This document shows, in pieces, positions 51,547 to 61,542 of a stretch of 64,000 bases of DNA. Origin of the DNA: Candidatus Omnitrophota bacterium. GTDB lineage: Bacteria; Omnitrophota; Gorgyraeia; B26-G9. The stretch spans positions 1,280 to 65,279 of the forward strand of contig JAHITE010000123.1 in assembly GCA_018817585.1 (NCBI GenBank), in the 5' to 3' direction. The notes under the pieces were generated by a model that was given only the letters and a program-made list of their open reading frames with translations, ran no database searches and was not told the origin of the DNA. The position numbers and the translations under genes were made by a program. Every line of letters starts with the position of its first letter. Within the stretch, counting starts at the first letter, position 1.

Positions 51547-53149
51547 TAGTAAATTGTTTAATGTCCGGATATTCAATCCTTGTGTGAAAAATACCGTTTA
51601 GAATATGGATAAAAACATTTGATATTGTATGCAAATCTTTCAAGGTTAAATCGCAGCCGTCTAATTGTCCGTCAATAAATTTATTATTAATCAGGCGATT
51701 GACAATGGCCTTGATTTTCACTGGAGTGGGAGCCGGCATGGCCCGGGATGCTGCCTCAACCGCGTCAGCCAGCATGACAATAGCCGCTTCTTTTGACTGC
51801 GGTTTTGGTCCGGGATAGCGAAAATCTTCAGCCTGCACACTGTTTTTTTCCTGACCATTCTGTTCCAGCGCCCGATGATAAAAAAACTGAACAATATCAT
51901 CCCCATGATGCTGCACAATAATATCATTAATTGCTGATCCCAATTTATATTTTTTAGCCAGGTCTGAACCTTCTTTAACATGATTAATGATTATCAGACT
52001 GCTGATTGTCGGACTTAAATTTTCATGTTTGTCTTCTGAATGCGCTTGATTTTCCGTAAAATAAGGAGCCATGCGTAATTTTCCGATATCATGAAAATAA
52101 CCTCCCACCCGCGCCAGTAAAGTATTTGCCCCCACTGCTTCAGCCGCTGATTCAGCTAAATTACCGACAACTAAACTATGATGATAAGTCCCCGGAGCTT
52201 TTAACACTAATTCCTTTAATACCGGCTGATTCAAATCTGATAATTCCAGCAAACTAACATTAGTCGTTATCCCAAACAAGACTTCAAACACCGGCAAAAA
52301 CGCGGTAACAATAACTCCGGAAATAATTCCACTGGCCAAGCCCCAGGCTCCCTGCTTAATAATATAATTAATTGAAATAAAATTTATCATCCCCATCGCC
52401 ACAATCGAAATCATATTAGTTAAACCAATTAAAATTCCGGCTTTGGTCAAATCTCTTCTTCTGCGGACATTGATCACCGAATAAATACTTACAATCCCGC
52501 CGGCAAGCATAGCCACCATTACATCCAATCTAACACCAGTTAAAACTCCGATAAAAATACTCAAAATAACCGTAGCCATCAAAGAAACACCTGGATCAAC
52601 CAAAATAGCCACCAGCATTGAGACACTGGCAATCGGAATTAAATAAACGCTCCAACCTGATAATATTATGGCTTTAGCCCCTAAAATCAGGAGCAATGAC
52701 ACTAAACACAATAATACAACATTTTTTAATTCAGTCAGAACCTTAAGCTTGCGGATAGTTTGATAAGTAACAGTTATAACACAAAATATAATCATTAGCA
52801 GTAAAATCCCCAGAATATAATAAAGATTTTTCGGCTGTTTTTTATTTTTTTTCAGCTCAGTATTTGCCAGATGCTGGGTTTTATTGATCTTTTGTCCGCG
52901 TTCAACAATAATTTCATCCTTTTTAACATTGATTTCTTTTCCGTCAATATCAATAAACGAGAATTCAAACGGCGCGTATATATCCTGCTGAGATATCTGT
53001 CCGACTTCAACTGCCGGCTGGGGAACTAAAAAACCCTTGCCCATAAAAATAGTTGCCGCGACAGTCAAAAAAACAAAAATAGCAATAATCAGATTTATCG
53101 CGCTCTGATTATTGCTATTATCTTTTTGAGCTATACTGTTTTTATTCAT
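51491..53149 (-). CDS. 7TM-HD phosphohydrolase (PgpH/YqfF-like)
   Basis: Multiple TMs, APGTYHHS, FHDIGK, YFTENQ, HHG, FRYPGPKP, MLADAVEAA. Confidence 0.9.
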   Translation of the reverse strand: MNKNSIAQKDNSNNQSAINLIIAIFVFLTVAATIFMGKGFLVPQPAVEVGQISQQDIYAPFEFSFIDIDGKEINVKKDEIIVERGQKINKTQHLANTELKKNKKQPKNLYYILGILLLMIIFCVITVTYQTIRKLKVLTELKNVVLLCLVSLLLILGAKAIILSGWSVYLIPIASVSMLVAILVDPGVSLMATVILSIFIGVLTGVRLDVMVAMLAGGIVSIYSVINVRRRRDLTKAGILIGLTNMISIVAMGMINFISINYIIKQGAWGLASGIISGVIVTAFLPVFEVLFGITTNVSLLELSDLNQPVLKELVLKAPGTYHHSLVVGNLAESAAEAVGANTLLARVGGYFHDIGKLRMAPYFTENQAHSEDKHENLSPTISSLIIINHVKEGSDLAKKYKLGSAINDIIVQHHGDDIVQFFYHRALEQNGQEKNSVQAEDFRYPGPKPQSKEAAIVMLADAVEAASRAMPAPTPVKIKAIVNRLINNKFIDGQLDGCDLTLKDLHTISNVFIHILNGIFHTRIEYPDIKQFTNEQNKHKESSEKNKNKQP

Positions 53150-53161
53150 ATATGCACCTTT

Positions 53162-53404
53162 TTATCCTGTATAAAAAATTCCGCGTTTTTTAATCAGCCA
53201 ACGACCCAAAATGCCTGCCTTTAACCATTCAGTTAATCCTCTGGCCAAAACCATGCTGCATTTTTCACCTATTTTTGAAAGAGTTTGCTTGCGGGCTATT
53301 AAATTTATGGGGAGTTTTTTGTTTAAAAATTCTAAATTCGCATCAACCCTGTTAAAAAGCATATTATTTTCCTGATAATCATGAAGTTTATCGGCTATTA
53401 TCAT
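53162..53404 (-). CDS. Hypothetical protein (80 aa)
   Basis: ORF fills the gap in an operon; no recognised motif. Confidence 0.35.
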   Translation of the reverse strand: MIIADKLHDYQENNMLFNRVDANLEFLNKKLPINLIARKQTLSKIGEKCSMVLARGLTEWLKAGILGRWLIKKRGIFYTG

Positions 53405-53434
53405 ACTTTTTAACTCTAAAAATTATCCTGAAAA

Positions 53435-54082
53435 TTATTCCGGAATCTTGATCATTTGTCCAGGATATATTTTGTTAGGATTTTTTAGAGAATCTTGATT
53501 AAAATCATAAATCTTTTTCCATTTTGTACTTGTTCCGTAAACATTTTTGGAAACTTTTTGTAAGGTATCACCTGGTTTTATTTTGTACATAGAAAAAGAA
53601 GTTTGAGTTTGAGCTTGAGTTTGAGCTTGAGTTTGAGCTTGAGCTGGCTTTGGCAGAACAACTTCCTGCTCAATTGCTTCTTCAGTTACCGTATAGCTTT
53701 TTTCATCTGGTAAAACTATTTCTTCGACAGCAGTTTCTTCTGTTGATTTGGACTGCCGCTGATTCATACTCGCTGGTCCGCCATAAATATAACCTCTATT
53801 GCCCCAGATTTCTTTGTCCGGGGTTGACTCAGACTGTCTAAAGTTTTTCCACTCCGGATATGGCGGAACCTCCATGGTAACTTGATAAACTTTTCTGGTA
53901 GTAACCCGCTGTTTTGCCTGATCTTCAGGAGGAATTGAACCAGAAATAAACCCTTTATTTCCGCTAATATCCTGATCTACTCTCGGCTCGTCTACTGTAA
54001 CCATAGAAAATCGCTTAACACAACCGCTTATATTTAAACTCAGCACTGATAAAATTATAATCAACGGCAACATTTTTTTCAT
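53435..54082 (-). CDS. LysM domain lipoprotein
   Basis: Lipobox ISGC; C-terminal YKIKPGDTLQKVS..YG..W..I...N...L.NPNKIYPGQ; AQTQ-repeat linker. Confidence 0.88.
   Translation of the reverse strand: MKKMLPLIIILSVLSLNISGCVKRFSMVTVDEPRVDQDISGNKGFISGSIPPEDQAKQRVTTRKVYQVTMEVPPYPEWKNFRQSESTPDKEIWGNRGYIYGGPASMNQRQSKSTEETAVEEIVLPDEKSYTVTEEAIEQEVVLPKPAQAQTQAQTQAQTQTSFSMYKIKPGDTLQKVSKNVYGTSTKWKKIYDFNQDSLKNPNKIYPGQMIKIPE
53601..53645. repeat. In-frame 6/12-bp tandem repeat encoding (AQTQ)n
   Basis: GTTTGAGTTTGAGCTTGAGTTTGAGCTTGAGTTTGAGCTTGAGCT. Confidence 0.85.
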
Positions 54083-54157
54083 TTTTCAGACCTCCTGCAA
54101 TCAGTAGCAAACAATCTTCAATTTTTATTATTTATTTAAAGCATTTTTTATTATAAT

Positions 54158-55918
54158 CTATTCCTCTTTTATTGTCAAATGCAGCTCATCCAGCTGCGCT
54201 TGAGCAATTTTCGACGGAGCTGAGGTCAAAGGACAAAATGCTTTTTGGGTTTTAGGAAAAGCAATAACATCTCGGATACTGCTGCTGCCAGTCATCAGAG
54301 TTAATAAACGATCCATCCCCGGAGCAAAACCACCATGAGGAGGCGCCCCATATTTAAATGCCTTGAGCAAGAATCCGAACTTGGCTTCAATTTCTTCTTT
54401 ACCCAAGCCTAAAATAGAAAATATTTTTTCCTGCAATTCAGGATTATGAATACGAATACTACCACTACCGAGTTCCGTTCCATTGACAACCAGATCATAA
54501 GCGCAGGATCTTACTCTCGCTCTATCGGTATCCAAAAACTCCAGGTCTTCTGGTTTAGGAGACGTAAACGGATGATGTTCGGAATCCCATCTTTTCTCCT
54601 CTTCATTATATTTAAACAGCGGAAAATCAGTTACCCATAAAAAATTAAAATCATCGCTTTGATCAAGTTTCAACATTCCGGCAACATTAACCCGCAACTG
54701 CCCGAGAACACTCAATGCGGTTTTCTGTTTATCCGCAACCAAAAGTAAAAGATCTCCTGGTTTTGTTTTAAATTCAACTGTTAAATTTTTTAATAAGGAA
54801 TCGCCTAAATGTTTTTTTACCGGCGACTGAAAATCATTTTCCTGAACTTTTATCCAAACCAAGCCTTTGGCTCCCAAATCAATTGCCTGTTTGGTCAGAT
54901 CATCGAGCTGTTTAAGCGTAAACTGCGCGCCGCCCGGAGCTTTCAAACCCATGATCTTGCCTTTAGACTCTATAACTTTTTTAAACACCATAAACTCGCT
55001 TGATTCGGCTAAAGAATTAAGATCTTTTAATTCCAGATCATAACGTGTATCCGGTTTATCTGAGCCAAAACAAAGGATTGCCTGCTCATGAGTTACACGC
55101 AAAAAAGGCGTTACTAGTTTTTTATTCATGGTTTTTTGAAAAACTTCAGCTAGAAGCCGCTCTAAAAGATCATATATTTCCTCTTCTTCGACAAAAGACA
55201 TTTCCATATCCAGCTGAGTGAATTCCGGCTGACGGTCTTTACGCAAATCTTCATCGCGAAAACATTTGGCAATCTGATAATATTTATCAAACCCGGAAAC
55301 CATTAAAATCTGTTTAAATAATTGGGGTGACTGCGGCAAAGCAAAAAACTCTCCATTATTCAATCGGCTGGGGACAAGATAATCACGCGCTCCCTCAGGA
55401 GTGCTTTTAGTCAAAATCGGAGTTTCAATTTCTAGAAAACCCTGCTCACAAAGAAAACTGCGGATCACATTAAACACCTTAGAGCGCAGAATCAGATTAT
55501 CTTTCATTTTTTTTCTTCTTAAATCCAAATAGCGATAAGCCAGTCTCAGTTCTTCGCCAACATCCTTATCATCATTTACTTCAAAAGGCAAAGCCTGCGC
55601 TTTATTTAGAACCTCTAATTGCTCAATGATTATTTCAATCTGTCCGGTTGCGATTTTTGGATTAATTGTACCTTCTGGTCTAGCGCTGACTTTTCCCTGC
55701 ACTGAAATAACAAATTCACTGCGCAAAGACTGCGCTAATTCATGCACTGACGAATTGACCTGAGGGTCAAAAACAATCTGAGTAAGCCCTTCTCGATCGC
55801 GCAGATCAATAAAAATCAATCCTCCATGATCGCGGCGCGAATTAACCCAACCACTTAAAACAACCTGTTTATTTTCATCTTTCAGATTCAGCTGACCACA
55901 ATTATGAGTTCTTTGCAT
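54158..55918 (-). CDS. aspS: Aspartate--tRNA ligase
   Basis: RTHNCG, RDHGGLIFIDLRD, STPEGARDY, ALPQSPQLFKQ, FRDEDLR, GAPPHGG. Confidence 0.97.
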   Translation of the reverse strand: MQRTHNCGQLNLKDENKQVVLSGWVNSRRDHGGLIFIDLRDREGLTQIVFDPQVNSSVHELAQSLRSEFVISVQGKVSARPEGTINPKIATGQIEIIIEQLEVLNKAQALPFEVNDDKDVGEELRLAYRYLDLRRKKMKDNLILRSKVFNVIRSFLCEQGFLEIETPILTKSTPEGARDYLVPSRLNNGEFFALPQSPQLFKQILMVSGFDKYYQIAKCFRDEDLRKDRQPEFTQLDMEMSFVEEEEIYDLLERLLAEVFQKTMNKKLVTPFLRVTHEQAILCFGSDKPDTRYDLELKDLNSLAESSEFMVFKKVIESKGKIMGLKAPGGAQFTLKQLDDLTKQAIDLGAKGLVWIKVQENDFQSPVKKHLGDSLLKNLTVEFKTKPGDLLLLVADKQKTALSVLGQLRVNVAGMLKLDQSDDFNFLWVTDFPLFKYNEEEKRWDSEHHPFTSPKPEDLEFLDTDRARVRSCAYDLVVNGTELGSGSIRIHNPELQEKIFSILGLGKEEIEAKFGFLLKAFKYGAPPHGGFAPGMDRLLTLMTGSSSIRDVIAFPKTQKAFCPLTSAPSKIAQAQLDELHLTIKEE

Positions 55919-55949
55919 GTTATTCCTTTTAGCTTAATTTTATTAAAAA

Positions 55950-57110
55950 TTATTTACCCATTCCCACTCTTTGCGCCTGCTGGAATATTTTTCCTTCGGT
56001 TTGAATTGAAGGGGCAATTATGATTTCAGTTAGGTTCATTTCTTTAATTGTTTTCGCGCCAAGCGATCCCATCGAAAGCTGCAAAGCTCCCATAAGATTC
56101 TGAGATCCATCATCCAGCCGGGCCGGGCCAAAAAGGATTTCTTCTAATGTTCCGGTTGTCCCTACGCGGATTCTTGTGCCTCTGGGCAAATTCGCGTGCG
56201 GCGTAGCCATACCCCAATGAAAACCGCGCCCCGGAGCTTCTTTGGTTCTGGCAAAAGCTGAACCAACCATAACCGCGTCAGCACCGCTGGCAAAAGCTTT
56301 GCAGATATCTCCGCCGGAACGCATTCCGCCGTCGGTTATAATCGGCACATATCTGCCGGTTTTTTTCATATAATAATCCCGCGCTTCAGCACAATCACAG
56401 GTTGCAGTTACTTGCGGAACACCGATCCCTAAAACCCCGCGGGTAGTACACGCAGCCCCAGGTCCAATCCCTACAAGCAGAGCACTTATTCCTGCTTCAA
56501 AAAGCTCAAGCGCTACATCATGCGTAACACAATTTCCCACAACCACAGGAATTTTCATTTTAGAACAGAATTTTCCAATATCCAGCACTTCATATTCTGA
56601 AGAAACATGCTGGACTGATGTAACTGTTGACTGAACCACAAAAATATCAGCTCCAGCTTCCTGTGCTAAAGCGCCAAATCTTTCTGCCCGCTGAGGAATC
56701 GCGCTTACAATACAAGGAACTTTTGCTTTTTTAATCTGTTCAATTCTTACTGATACTAATTCTTCTTTAATCGGCTCATTATATATGCCCTGAACCAGCT
56801 TGGTTGCTTCTTCCGGCGTTGCATTAGCAATTCTATCCAAAACCTCATTAGGGTTTTTATATCGTGTCTGAACGCCTTCTAAATTTAAAACCGCGAGTCC
56901 GCCGAGTTTTCCCATGGCTATAGCAAAATTAACATCAACAACTCCATCCATCGCCGCGGCAATAATCGGAACCTTATACTTAACACCACCCAGAATGAAA
57001 CTGGAATCAACTTCATTAGGATTGATCGTAACCATTCCCGGGACAAGTGCGATCTCATCAAATCCATAACAGCGACGTGCTTTTCTGCCTTTTCCGATAA
57101 ATTCTGCCAT
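55950..57110 (-). CDS. GuaB3 family IMP dehydrogenase-related protein
   Basis: RRCYGFDEIALVP, AAMDGVV, GPGAACTTRGVLGIGVPQ, HWGMATP..LPRGTR; no CBS domains. Confidence 0.9.
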   Translation of the reverse strand: MAEFIGKGRKARRCYGFDEIALVPGMVTINPNEVDSSFILGGVKYKVPIIAAAMDGVVDVNFAIAMGKLGGLAVLNLEGVQTRYKNPNEVLDRIANATPEEATKLVQGIYNEPIKEELVSVRIEQIKKAKVPCIVSAIPQRAERFGALAQEAGADIFVVQSTVTSVQHVSSEYEVLDIGKFCSKMKIPVVVGNCVTHDVALELFEAGISALLVGIGPGAACTTRGVLGIGVPQVTATCDCAEARDYYMKKTGRYVPIITDGGMRSGGDICKAFASGADAVMVGSAFARTKEAPGRGFHWGMATPHANLPRGTRIRVGTTGTLEEILFGPARLDDGSQNLMGALQLSMGSLGAKTIKEMNLTEIIIAPSIQTEGKIFQQAQRVGMGK

Positions 57111-57205
57111 TGTTTTTACCTCCCCTTATGCTCTTAACCAATTATTTAATAACAGTTTGTAATATATACATAATAAACTATTACTTATAGAAATTTTGAG
57201 AGTTT

Positions 57206-57234
57206 AATATAGCATAGAATCGAGTATGTGTCAA
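57206..57234 (-). promoter_or_regulatory. Sigma70-type promoter of guaB3
   Basis: TTGACA-17 nt-TATATT with extended -10 TG. Confidence 0.7.
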
Positions 57235-57265
57235 TTACTTAAACTTAAGATTACTTAAACTTAAG
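57234..57265. repeat. Perfect 16-bp tandem duplication spanning stop of ChrB-like gene
   Basis: ATTACTTAAACTTAAG x2. Confidence 0.9.
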
Positions 57266-57766
57266 AGACAAATCAGCGTATAACTTATCAAACATCAGAA
57301 ATGTTTTCTCAAATCCCTGTTCCGAGCTGGTCGATGCCTGCAGCACTGCTGCGACTTCCTGTTTAAACTCAACTATTTTTGAGTTTGGTTCCTGCGCCCA
57401 ATAATTTATCTCTATTTCATGAATAAGTTTGCCGATTTCTTTTACTCCATCATCAGAAATTTTATATTTATTTATTACAGTCTCAAAGGCGCAAAACTCG
57501 GCTGTTCTTCTAAACTCAGCATCCGGAGTATCAAAAGCAATTCCTTCGCTAATGATCTCTCCCTTTGGATAAAATTTAAATATCGCGTTCTTATCTACAA
57601 AATTCTTGATCAGCCAGGCAGTCGCGCAAGTATCCACTTCTAATGTATCCCAGGTTGAGTATACTGAAGCTTTAGTTTGCCCAAAAACAACAGTCGGCAA
57701 AAATAATAAGCCGATTATTCCCACCAACACAGGTATAATTAGTTTACTTTTTTTAGAATAAATCAT
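57251..57766 (-). CDS. Exported ChrB C-terminal-domain-like protein
   Basis: Signal peptide; D.CATAWLIKNFVDKNA.FKF..IAFD.PDAEF....CAFE....Y.I.D matches ChrB pattern. Confidence 0.7.
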   Translation of the reverse strand: MIYSKKSKLIIPVLVGIIGLLFLPTVVFGQTKASVYSTWDTLEVDTCATAWLIKNFVDKNAIFKFYPKGEIISEGIAFDTPDAEFRRTAEFCAFETVINKYKISDDGVKEIGKLIHEIEINYWAQEPNSKIVEFKQEVAAVLQASTSSEQGFEKTFLMFDKLYADLSLKFK

Positions 57767-57768
57767 TT

Positions 57769-58461
57769 TTATTTTACTCCCATGAATTTTTTCACAAACA
57801 GATTATTCGGACTATTTCTGATCTCCGTCAAACTGCCTTTTTGCTCGATTTTACCTTGATGCAGCAAAATAACATTATCAGTTATTTGAGCCGCTTCAGC
57901 CTGATCATGGGTGACATAGATCATAGTTATATGCGTATTTTTCCGCAAATCAAGAATCAGTTTTATTAAATCATCTTTTAGTAAAGGGTCGATACTGCTC
58001 AAAGGTTCATCCAGTAAGAGTATTTTAGGATTAGATATCAGGCTTCTTGCCAAAGCCAGTCTTTGTTTTTCACCGCCGGAAAGCTGCTGCGGATATGCCT
58101 TTGCTTTATCCAGCAAACCAACCGCGCTAAGCATATCAGTTACTTCGGTTTTAGTGTTTTTCTTATTCAAGCAAAAAGCCAAATTTTCTCTAACGCTCAT
58201 ATGCGGCCATAAGGCCAGATCCTGAAACACCATACTTACCTGGCGTTTTGAAGCAACGGCATTATTCATATTTTTCCCGTCAAATAATATCTGCCCCTGT
58301 TCCGGAGCATCCAATCCAGCAATCAACCTGAGAATTGTTGTCTTGCCGCTGCCCGATGGGCCAAGGATTACTAATCTATCCGCCTTTTTAACCGCGAAAG
58401 AAATATCTTCCAGAATCTTATTTTGCTGTTTAGATTTGCTGATGTTTTTTAATTCAATCAT
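57769..58461 (-). CDS. ABC transporter ATP-binding protein (FbpC/PotA-like, short)
   Basis: GPSGSGKT, FQDLALWPH, LSGGEKQR, LLDEP, VTHD. Confidence 0.92.
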   Translation of the reverse strand: MIELKNISKSKQQNKILEDISFAVKKADRLVILGPSGSGKTTILRLIAGLDAPEQGQILFDGKNMNNAVASKRQVSMVFQDLALWPHMSVRENLAFCLNKKNTKTEVTDMLSAVGLLDKAKAYPQQLSGGEKQRLALARSLISNPKILLLDEPLSSIDPLLKDDLIKLILDLRKNTHITMIYVTHDQAEAAQITDNVILLHQGKIEQKGSLTEIRNSPNNLFVKKFMGVK

Positions 58462-60023
58462 ATTTCTCCATTGATTAAAAGTTTATGCTTATATTTATTA
58501 TACATCAAATATAGTACTAAAATCGGCAGCATAATAATTAAAACTAAAATCACAGATAAGCCGCAGACAAGTTTATGCGCCCCATAATGCATCAAAGTAT
58601 ATATTCTTATCGGCAGAGTTGCCTCACCTGCCGGGATAACCAATAATGTCACACCCAGCTCAGCCATGCAAAGCGCGAAGCACAAAACCCAGCTGGAAAT
58701 TATCCCGGGCCATGCCATAGGTAATAAAATAGTTCTCAACCTTTTTGTCCAGGATGCGCATGCAAGCTCTGCTGATTCTTCAAGATTGCGATTGATCTGA
58801 TTAATATTTGAACTAATCGCTCTTATCGCGAAAGCCGCGAACCTGGCGGTATAGCCAAAAATTAAAACCAGAGATGTCTGATAGATAATTGATGTTAGGG
58901 GTCTATTCCAAAAGCGGATCATTGCCACCCCGAATATTGCCGAAGGAATAGCAAACGGGATAATTGAACACAGATCAATAAATAAAGACATCTTCCTTCC
59001 CGCGCGAGAAAGCGCGTACCCCAGAGGAAATCCAATCAGACAAATAAAAGTTGCCGATACACTTGAGAAAAACAAACTGTTTCTAATTTGCGGCCAGGCT
59101 GTTTTAAACGCGGTTGCATAGGTTGACAGGCTACCCGCGCCTTTAATCAGCATAAACATCGGAAATCCTACTGATAAAATAAATATCAGCGTACAAAATA
59201 ATACTGCTAAGATTTTCCACCTGTCTAAGTTAAAAACTATTTTATCAGCATTTTTTGCTCTTAAAGTTACATATGATTTATTGTTCATGAGATACCTCTG
59301 CCAAAGTACCAGTAAAAGACAAACCCCAACCATGGGTAAGGATAATAATACTGCCTTTGTTGTATCATAAAACGCGCTAAACTGAACAAATATCTCAACC
59401 GGATAAGTATTTAAACGAAGCAAGTCAGGCACCCCATAATTAGACACACTAAACACAAATACCAGAATTGCGCCGGATACAATATATGAGTTAATCAAAG
59501 GCAAAGTTATTTTAGTAATTATCTGTGCTTTCGAATGAGTTAAAGCAGCTGCTTCCTCTAACCTGCTATCAACTGAATTTAAACCGGTTATAGTCATTAT
59601 CATAATAAACGGAAAGTAAGCCAGTCCAAGAATAAAACTAACTCCCAGCCAACTATAAATCAATGAATTTCCTGCTAACCCACAACCCGTGATCAGCTTT
59701 ATCCAGCCAATTGATGTTATATGCGCAGGAATAAATAAAGGTAACAAGCCGGAAAACAAGAAGAACTTTTTAAAAGGAATATCACTGCGGCTGATAAAAA
59801 AACCATATCCCACACCTAAGACGAGAGCAAACACCACACTCCCCAATCCAACCAGCATACTGTTCTTAAAAAGCGCGATTTGCCTGGCATTTAATAAAAA
59901 AGCCTCCGCGATATTATCTACAGAAGCTAAACACTCAGCAAAAATAAGCAATAAAGGCCCAAGAACTATAATCAAAAATAGGACAAGACAAAAAACAATT
60001 ATTGGTTTAGGCAAAAAACTCAT
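58458..60023 (-). CDS. Fe3+-type ABC transporter permease (FbpB-like, duplicated)
   Basis: Two EAA loops (LEEAAA, LEESAE), ~12 TMs. Confidence 0.88.
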   Translation of the reverse strand: MSFLPKPIIVFCLVLFLIIVLGPLLLIFAECLASVDNIAEAFLLNARQIALFKNSMLVGLGSVVFALVLGVGYGFFISRSDIPFKKFFLFSGLLPLFIPAHITSIGWIKLITGCGLAGNSLIYSWLGVSFILGLAYFPFIMIMTITGLNSVDSRLEEAAALTHSKAQIITKITLPLINSYIVSGAILVFVFSVSNYGVPDLLRLNTYPVEIFVQFSAFYDTTKAVLLSLPMVGVCLLLVLWQRYLMNNKSYVTLRAKNADKIVFNLDRWKILAVLFCTLIFILSVGFPMFMLIKGAGSLSTYATAFKTAWPQIRNSLFFSSVSATFICLIGFPLGYALSRAGRKMSLFIDLCSIIPFAIPSAIFGVAMIRFWNRPLTSIIYQTSLVLIFGYTARFAAFAIRAISSNINQINRNLEESAELACASWTKRLRTILLPMAWPGIISSWVLCFALCMAELGVTLLVIPAGEATLPIRIYTLMHYGAHKLVCGLSVILVLIIMLPILVLYLMYNKYKHKLLINGEI

Positions 60024-61045
60024 TTCAGAAAAAGTCCTGTTAAAAATTCCCCGGAGTCTTTTAATTTATGAGCTACTGCTTCAAAATCAACAGCCATTAC
60101 AGCCAGCGCGTCATAATCCGGCACATGCTTTGGTTTTTTAACATCTTTGCGCAGTGGTATCTGCATACTCTGTGAAAAAGCCAGCTTTTGCTCAACTTCT
60201 CTACTTAAGATATAATCAATCAGCTGCCTTGCCTCATCAGGATGCGGAGCGTTCTTTATCAAACAAACTGTATTTGGAATAAGTAAAGTTCCTATACCCC
60301 CGGCATCAGGATATATCATCCCCACATTCTTTCCTTCACTGATTGCCACCCAGGCATCATCAGTATCGGTAAACCCAATAGCTAATTCCCCATCAACCAC
60401 CCGGTCACGGGAAACTGAGTTGCCGGGAACCATCACTACCCCATTAGCCTCTAAAGATTGAAAATACTGTTTGGCTTTCTCATCACCTAAAGCCACAAAC
60501 AATGCCGCGCAATGAGTCGCCGTTGTCCCAAACAATGGATTAGCCAGGGCAAATTTACCATTCCATTTCACATCACTTAAATCAAAAATAGATTTTGGCA
60601 GATCATCAGCCTTGACTAAATCCTTATTATAGATCAAAACCCGAGCACGCGCTGCAAACCCTGTCCAGAACCCGTCTTTATCTTTAAATTGCTCAGGAAT
60701 ATCCGCGGCTTGAATAGATAAATATGGAGCAAGTATTCCTTTATCCTTTAATAAAATACTCCTGGCTATCTCATTATTCCAAAACACGTCAGCATTAGAA
60801 TTGTCTTTTTCCGCGATTAAACGGTTCACCAATCCTGTTGTTTTAGCTGCTTCTGTATCATAAACAACTTTTACCTTTATCCCAGTTTTCTGTTCAAAAT
60901 CCTGGATAATCGGTTCAGAAAATATCTGATCCAATGCTGTATATAATACTACTTGTTTTTGTTGCTCTGCTCTTACCTGAACCCCAGATACTGCAACGAT
61001 CCCAATAACTAAAAATAAGCTAATTATATTCCGTAAATTTATCAC
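60020..61045 (-). CDS. Fe3+-type ABC substrate-binding protein (FutA/FbpA-like)
   Basis: Signal peptide, FEQKTGIKV, RLIAEK...ADVFW, ARARVLIYN, ANPLFGTT, TDTDD. Confidence 0.85.
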   Translation of the reverse strand: MINLRNIISLFLVIGIVAVSGVQVRAEQQKQVVLYTALDQIFSEPIIQDFEQKTGIKVKVVYDTEAAKTTGLVNRLIAEKDNSNADVFWNNEIARSILLKDKGILAPYLSIQAADIPEQFKDKDGFWTGFAARARVLIYNKDLVKADDLPKSIFDLSDVKWNGKFALANPLFGTTATHCAALFVALGDEKAKQYFQSLEANGVVMVPGNSVSRDRVVDGELAIGFTDTDDAWVAISEGKNVGMIYPDAGGIGTLLIPNTVCLIKNAPHPDEARQLIDYILSREVEQKLAFSQSMQIPLRKDVKKPKHVPDYDALAVMAVDFEAVAHKLKDSGEFLTGLFLK

Positions 61046-61071
61046 TTATCTTCCCCCTTTAGAATTTTATC

Positions 61072-61542
61072 TTAAACTGGGTTTGCCTCTTTATTCCCCG
61101 GATAATAATTTTTTATCCACTTCTGAATTTTAGGATCATCAGGCTTATGGGAAAAATATTTCTTAGATACAAGTTTTTTAAATTCTTCGTAAGGATCTTT
61201 TTTATCTCCGGCTTTGCGTAAATGTTTTTCGTCATTCAAGTATAGATATAAAATAAGCTTTGGCTGGCTAGAAAAACAAAAAAATAATCTATACCGCTGC
61301 AGGCCCTGCTTATAACGACGATATTTTTTAAGCTCATCGCGCAGGCGATATTCTTCCCGGTTTGGATCCTGAGGAATAATTTCTTGATCAGCTTTACGGA
61401 TACGATAAGCAAGTTTTACAATCTCATGTTGCTGAAATTCTTCATTACCAAGTTTGCTGCGCAATTCTATTACTTGTTCTTTTAATTTTGCTATCCGTTG
61501 AAAGTAAAAATCATGGTATTTTAAAAGATAACTACTCTTCAT
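61072..61542 (-). CDS. Type II TA toxin, YhaV-like (RelE superfamily)
   Basis: IIPQDP..EYRL, RRYK...QRYRLFF.FSS..KLI.Y..LNDE..LRK.G.K.DPY..F; ATG at 61542 overlaps antitoxin end. Confidence 0.8.
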   Translation of the reverse strand: MKSSYLLKYHDFYFQRIAKLKEQVIELRSKLGNEEFQQHEIVKLAYRIRKADQEIIPQDPNREEYRLRDELKKYRRYKQGLQRYRLFFCFSSQPKLILYLYLNDEKHLRKAGDKKDPYEEFKKLVSKKYFSHKPDDPKIQKWIKNYYPGNKEANPV

